Positions 59,806 through 64,000 of a DNA stretch of 64,000 nt are shown here, in pieces. The notes beneath the pieces were generated by a model. It made no database searches. It had not been told where the DNA came from and was given only the letters and a program-made list of their open reading frames with translations. The stretch is from an uncultured cyanobacterium. Its GTDB lineage: Bacteria; Cyanobacteriota; Cyanobacteriia; PCC-9006; JAAUQQ01. Location: NCBI GenBank assembly GCA_963718615.1, contig OY970368.1, positions 160,001-224,000 of the forward strand, written 5' to 3'. The first letter of the stretch is position 1. Each line of letters begins with the position of its first letter. A program made the translations under genes and the position numbers.

Positions 59806-60990
59806 CTAACCTACGGGTAATTTGATAGTGAATGTTGTTCCCATATCGATCTCACTAGTCACTTCAATGTTGCCGTGGAGTAGGTCTACAAACTGTTTAA
59901 CAATACTTAATCCGAGACCTGTTCCAGGAATATTGCTCACGTTACGGCCACGATGAAAGGGCTCAAAGAGCTGGGATTTATCTTCGGGAAGAATGCCGAT
60001 GCCATTGTCTTGAATCTGGAAAATGAGCTGTTTTTGACGCTGAGCTAGCTTAAGGTAGATGGCCTGATCGACAGGCGTGTAGCGGATAGCATTAGAAAGT
60101 AAATTGCTGAGAATTGAGCGTAAAAGCTGCGAATCAAGTTTGGCCATTAGCTGAGGTACACGGCAAAAAAACTGAATAGGGTTCTGGATACGACGATAAT
60201 CTTGCTCATTCAACAGCGCTTGGCTAAATTGAACGATATCTAAGAGTTCTGGCTGCACTTCTAACACCTTGGCCTCAATTTTACCAATAACCAAAATGTC
60301 GTCGATCATCTGGGTCATGCGATCAACATTGGTTTTAACATCCAGCAGATATTCAGTTTTTTGTTCGGAGGAGAGTTGCTCCTGATAACGCTGAAGTGAC
60401 GATACCAGCAGGCTAATATTATTAAGCGGGTTACGGAATTCGTGGCAGACCATGGAGACAAAGCGCGATCGCATCTCGCTCAATTCCCGCAGTTGCTGAT
60501 TGGCCTCTCGCAATTTGACAGTACGCGCCTGCACCTTTAACTCCAGCTCCTCGTTTGTACGTTGCAGCACCGTTTCGGCCCAGCGCCGCTGGGTAATATC
60601 GCGAAACGTGACCACTGCTCCCACGAGCGCTCCATCCTCATTATGCATCGGTGTGCTGATGTATTCCACAGGGAAGCTTGTGCCATCCTTACGCCAAAAC
60701 ACCTCATCAGTCACCCGACGCACGCTACCGTCCTGAAAGGCAGCGTAGATCGGACAGTCTTCCCTCGGGTAGTGATCGCCATCTGGGTGAGAGTGGTGCA
60801 GCACACAGTGCATCGATTTACCGATTAGCTCCTCCATAGGCCAGTCGATCATCGCCGCCGCCGCCGGATTAACGAAGGTGACATGTCCGTCTAAATCGAG
60901 ACCATACACCCCCTCTCCAACCGCATTCAGAATGAGCTGATACTGCTGCCTCAACTGCTCTAATTCGCCCCCATCGGACCGAGTTTTCAT
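59806..60990 (-). CDS. PAS-domain sensor histidine kinase
   Basis: PAS domain, HEFRNPL H-box, NLLSNAIRY, DNGIGI, GTGLGLSIV. ORF open to 61095. Confidence 0.92.
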   Translation of the reverse strand: MKTRSDGGELEQLRQQYQLILNAVGEGVYGLDLDGHVTFVNPAAAAMIDWPMEELIGKSMHCVLHHSHPDGDHYPREDCPIYAAFQDGSVRRVTDEVFWRKDGTSFPVEYISTPMHNEDGALVGAVVTFRDITQRRWAETVLQRTNEELELKVQARTVKLREANQQLRELSEMRSRFVSMVCHEFRNPLNNISLLVSSLQRYQEQLSSEQKTEYLLDVKTNVDRMTQMIDDILVIGKIEAKVLEVQPELLDIVQFSQALLNEQDYRRIQNPIQFFCRVPQLMAKLDSQLLRSILSNLLSNAIRYTPVDQAIYLKLAQRQKQLIFQIQDNGIGILPEDKSQLFEPFHRGRNVSNIPGTGLGLSIVKQFVDLLHGNIEVTSEIDMGTTFTIKLPVG

Positions 60991-61317
60991 CGGATTCTGC
61001 TTTTGCTCTGAACAAGATTTTTGTAGAGAAGTTCTGCTTTGCATTTCCAACACTTTGGGTTCAAATGGGAAGAAATGTATTGCACTACACTGCATGACTT
61101 CACTTTACAGTTTACGACAAAGGAAAGAGATAGGGAAGACGCATCGGGTTTTACATCTGGCTCCGCAATCTAACATTGGCCCCGCAATCCATTATTGGAT
61201 TTGTAGTCTAGCTTTGAGAGAATGGCTTTGATCAGCCATTTTGACCCCCTTCCAGCTCGCGATCCTCTTGCACAATAGATCCTTTTGCACAATAATCCTT
61301 TAGCCTAGGGAGAGCTG

Positions 61318-62172
61318 ATGAAGACCGTTCTAATCATCGAGGATGAGGTTCAAACACGCAACATTTTTTTGAGATGTTTGGAGTTTGAGGGCTTTCACGC
61401 GGTTGGTACAGGCGATGGCATCACTGGCATAGCTTTGGCTCAGAAGCATCAGCCTGACCTCGTGGTTTGCGATATTATGATGCCGGATATTGATGGTTAT
61501 TCAGTACTTTTAGGGCTCAGACAGCGACAGGAAACAGCTTCAATTCCATTTGTCTTTTTGACGGCGAAGGTGACGATGAGCGACCTACGCCGAGGAATGG
61601 AGCTAGGCGCAGACGACTATTTAACGAAGCCTTGCAGTATTGAGCAGTTTTTGGCGGCGATCGCCACCCGCCTCCAGCGCCAAGAAAAACTTGAAAGGAT
61701 CTATTCCCAAAAGTTTGCACGGCAGAGGTTTCAAACAAATACTAGGCCTGAAACCGATTCAAGCTTAGAACCAGCAAGTTCTTCAGCGCCATTAATATCA
61801 GAACTGCCAGTCTTAAATCAGACCCATTCCACCGATATTTTTCCTGACTGCCCCCCCCTCAATGCTGTTTTCGATCTGATCGAGTCTCGCTATTGCCAAT
61901 CGCTCCATCTTAATGAAATTGCCCAGATTGTTGGCTATTCTCCCGCCTACCTCACGACGCTCATGCAGGAGCAGACGGGGCATACAGTGAAACGCTGGAT
62001 TATTGAGCGGCGCATGGCCCAGGCCAGACTTCTTTTATTGGAAACCCAGCAAAGTATCAAACAAATCGCAGAGGCAACGGGCTATACGGATGCAGGCTAT
62101 TTTTCGCGCCAGTTTCGCAAACTTCACGGCACATCTCCCCATCTTTGGCGACAGGAATCTGTATCAGAATAA
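61318..62172 (+). CDS. response regulator with AraC-type output domain
   Basis: LIIEDE, CDIMMPDIDG, DDYLTKP; GYSPAYLT..GYTDAGYFSRQFRKLHG. Confidence 0.92.
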   Translation: MKTVLIIEDEVQTRNIFLRCLEFEGFHAVGTGDGITGIALAQKHQPDLVVCDIMMPDIDGYSVLLGLRQRQETASIPFVFLTAKVTMSDLRRGMELGADDYLTKPCSIEQFLAAIATRLQRQEKLERIYSQKFARQRFQTNTRPETDSSLEPASSSAPLISELPVLNQTHSTDIFPDCPPLNAVFDLIESRYCQSLHLNEIAQIVGYSPAYLTTLMQEQTGHTVKRWIIERRMAQARLLLLETQQSIKQIAEATGYTDAGYFSRQFRKLHGTSPHLWRQESVSE

Positions 62173-62638
62173 ACAGATTAGAGTTTGTTTCTGACTTAAT
62201 TTTCAAACTTCAAAAAAAAGTACCGATAGGTTCTAAAAAACGTTCAATGTATATTTAGTCTAAACTTGATAAAGTGCTAGTACAGTTTTAAGCACAAGCT
62301 TTCTGCTCTGGCCCGACCCTCTTAATCCCAGGTTGTTTCCTAGTCCTATGAGGAAGAACGTCAAGACGAGTGGTTTTCATTCAGATTAGTTTTGGGCAAA
62401 CGTGCTCCTTTTCCTTGCTTTTTTCGTTCTTATCTTTAGTTAAATTCACTTGAATCTTTGATTAAACGTTTGCTCAAATCTTTAATCAAAAACTTGCTTG
62501 TAGCCATTAATCGGCTTGCATTCGTTAATCGACTTGATGAAAGCCATCAAAATCGACGATTTTTTGTTCGTCTCTTTGCATTTTCATTCACTCCTGTCTA
62601 CTTGTTACCCCCTTTCTATTTTCCCGTAAGCAAAAATT

Positions 62639-64000
62639 ATGGTTTCTAGATCAGCAATCCAGGTATCAAGCCTCGGCATAGACGCTCAGTGGGGAAGTTT
62701 GAGTTGCGATCGTAGATCCACCTCCAATCTCTCCAGTTCACAACACACCTGCGACGTCTGTGGCGGTCAACACCTTAGCCACGATCACCTGACCTTCATG
62801 CAGACCATGCCCAAGGATCCAGTGGACATGGTCGATGACCTGGTGCGCATGGGAATCTATCAGGAAAATCAGCTCCGTGCCGCCGACGGCATCAACGCTT
62901 ACGAACTGCGCAAAACCCTCTTTCTGAAAATTGCTGGGCGTGGTAACCCCAAGCGCGAAAAACTGATTTTGGCGCTGTGCCAACAAGCCGGTGGGCTCGA
63001 AAATGCTTTTGCCGCCGCCTTTGGTTCCCAAGCAGGTCGATTTTTTGGGGACTCGCTGCGCACCAGTACCGTAACCCGACGGGAATTCATGCGCAACTTA
63101 GCTGTGGGCGCGGCACTCGTCAGCTTGGCGAGCTGTGGAAGCAACAGCAACAAAGCGGCCCTCGACATCGATCCCAATGAACCTATCGATACTTCAGGTT
63201 TAGAGAAAACCGATCTGCAAATTGGCTTCATTCCCATCACCTGCGCCACGCCGATCATCATGTCGGAACCGCTAGGGTTTTACAAAAAATATGGATTTAA
63301 TGCCAAGGTTGTGAAGATGCCGAGCTGGGGAGCAGTGCGTGATTCGGCGATCGCAGGGGAACTAGACGCCTACCACATGCTCGCCCCTATGCCGATCGCC
63401 ATGACCTTAGGGCTGGGTTCAGCGGCCTTTGGCGTAAAACTAGCCAGTATCGAAAACATCAATGGCCAAGCCATCACTGTCGCGGAGCGCCACAAGGGCA
63501 AGATCAACGGCCCTGCTGACTTCAAAGACTTCACCATCGGCGTTCCCTTTCCCTATTCGATGCACAACTTACTGTTGCGCTACTATCTCTCCACAGGCGG
63601 CCTTGATCCGGATGTCGATGTCAAAATTCGTCCGGTGCCGCCGCCGGACAGCATTGCCCAGATGGTTGCTGGCGACATCGATGCCTACCTAATGCCCGAT
63701 CCATTCAACCAGCGGGCCGTTTACGAAGGGGTAGGATTTATTCATATGTTGACCAAGGAACTGTGGCCTGGTCATCCGTGCTGTGCCTTTGCCGCCAGCG
63801 ATCAGTGGATCAGCGAGCATCCCAACACATTTCGAGCACTCAACAAATCAATTATCGAAGCAGCGGGCTATGCTCGGAATCCCCAAAATCGGCCTGAAAT
63901 TGCCAAAGCCATCTCGGAGCGAGCCTTCTTGAATCAACCTGTCGAAGTTGTAGAAGCAGTATTGACCGGAAATTTTGAAGATGGTAATGGCAAACAGCTT
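62639..64000 (+). CDS. CmpA/NrtA/CynA-family ABC substrate-binding lipoprotein (partial, runs off right edge)
   Basis: Own translation from ATG 62639: ...TRREFMRNLAVGAALVSLASC, LEKTDLQIGFIPITCATPIIM, HMLAPMP, PFPYSMHNLLLRYYL, WPGHPCC. Most like cyanate-binding CynA. Confidence 0.85.
   Translation, partial: MVSRSAIQVSSLGIDAQWGSLSCDRRSTSNLSSSQHTCDVCGGQHLSHDHLTFMQTMPKDPVDMVDDLVRMGIYQENQLRAADGINAYELRKTLFLKIAGRGNPKREKLILALCQQAGGLENAFAAAFGSQAGRFFGDSLRTSTVTRREFMRNLAVGAALVSLASCGSNSNKAALDIDPNEPIDTSGLEKTDLQIGFIPITCATPIIMSEPLGFYKKYGFNAKVVKMPSWGAVRDSAIAGELDAYHMLAPMPIAMTLGLGSAAFGVKLASIENINGQAITVAERHKGKINGPADFKDFTIGVPFPYSMHNLLLRYYLSTGGLDPDVDVKIRPVPPPDSIAQMVAGDIDAYLMPDPFNQRAVYEGVGFIHMLTKELWPGHPCCAFAASDQWISEHPNTFRALNKSIIEAAGYARNPQNRPEIAKAISERAFLNQPVEVVEAVLTGNFEDGNGKQL

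Larger units (their letters stand above)
1..64000. repeat. HIP1 octamer GCGATCGC, dispersed
   Basis: Very frequent throughout core genes; not seen in 24750-26350 or 46240-47620. Confidence 0.9.

Noticed and set aside
62172-62639. NtcA box upstream of the CynA-like gene
   Set aside because: No GTA-N8-TAC found; the nearest is GTA-N8-AAC at the end of the regulator gene.

Overview
A 64 kb chromosomal window from a moderately GC-rich cyanobacterium. The HIP1 octamer GCGATCGC is dense, and the hetZ/patU locus suggests a filamentous lineage. Most of the window is housekeeping: sigC, pgk, pdhA, ftn2, ileS, guaA, cbiD, msrA, a cyclophilin, a P-type ATPase and a Na+/H+ antiporter. Three accessory blocks stand out. 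(1) 26.3-34.1 kb: a peptide-export locus with a C39-peptidase ABC transporter, HlyD, a haemagglutinin/TPS-domain exoprotein and two tandem double-glycine precursor peptides that share a WPPIWP-polyGly head but have unrelated tails. (2) 43.0-52.1 kb: a co-oriented defence/toxin-antitoxin array (hicAB, Trypco1 + trypsin-STAND ATPase, higBA, xisHI, DUF433/PIN, a GC-mosaic membrane STAND ATPase, DUF4365 + unknown partner). (3) 24.4-26.3 kb: a higB/higA-peptidase module next to a Uma2 remnant. Also present: a canonical NtcA-type promoter upstream of hetZ-patU, a corA gene broken by two internal deletions, and a two-component system beside a CynA/NrtA-type binding protein with an unusual N-terminal extension. 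I saw no rRNA, tRNA, CRISPR array or intact transposase. All family assignments come from motif recognition, not database searches.
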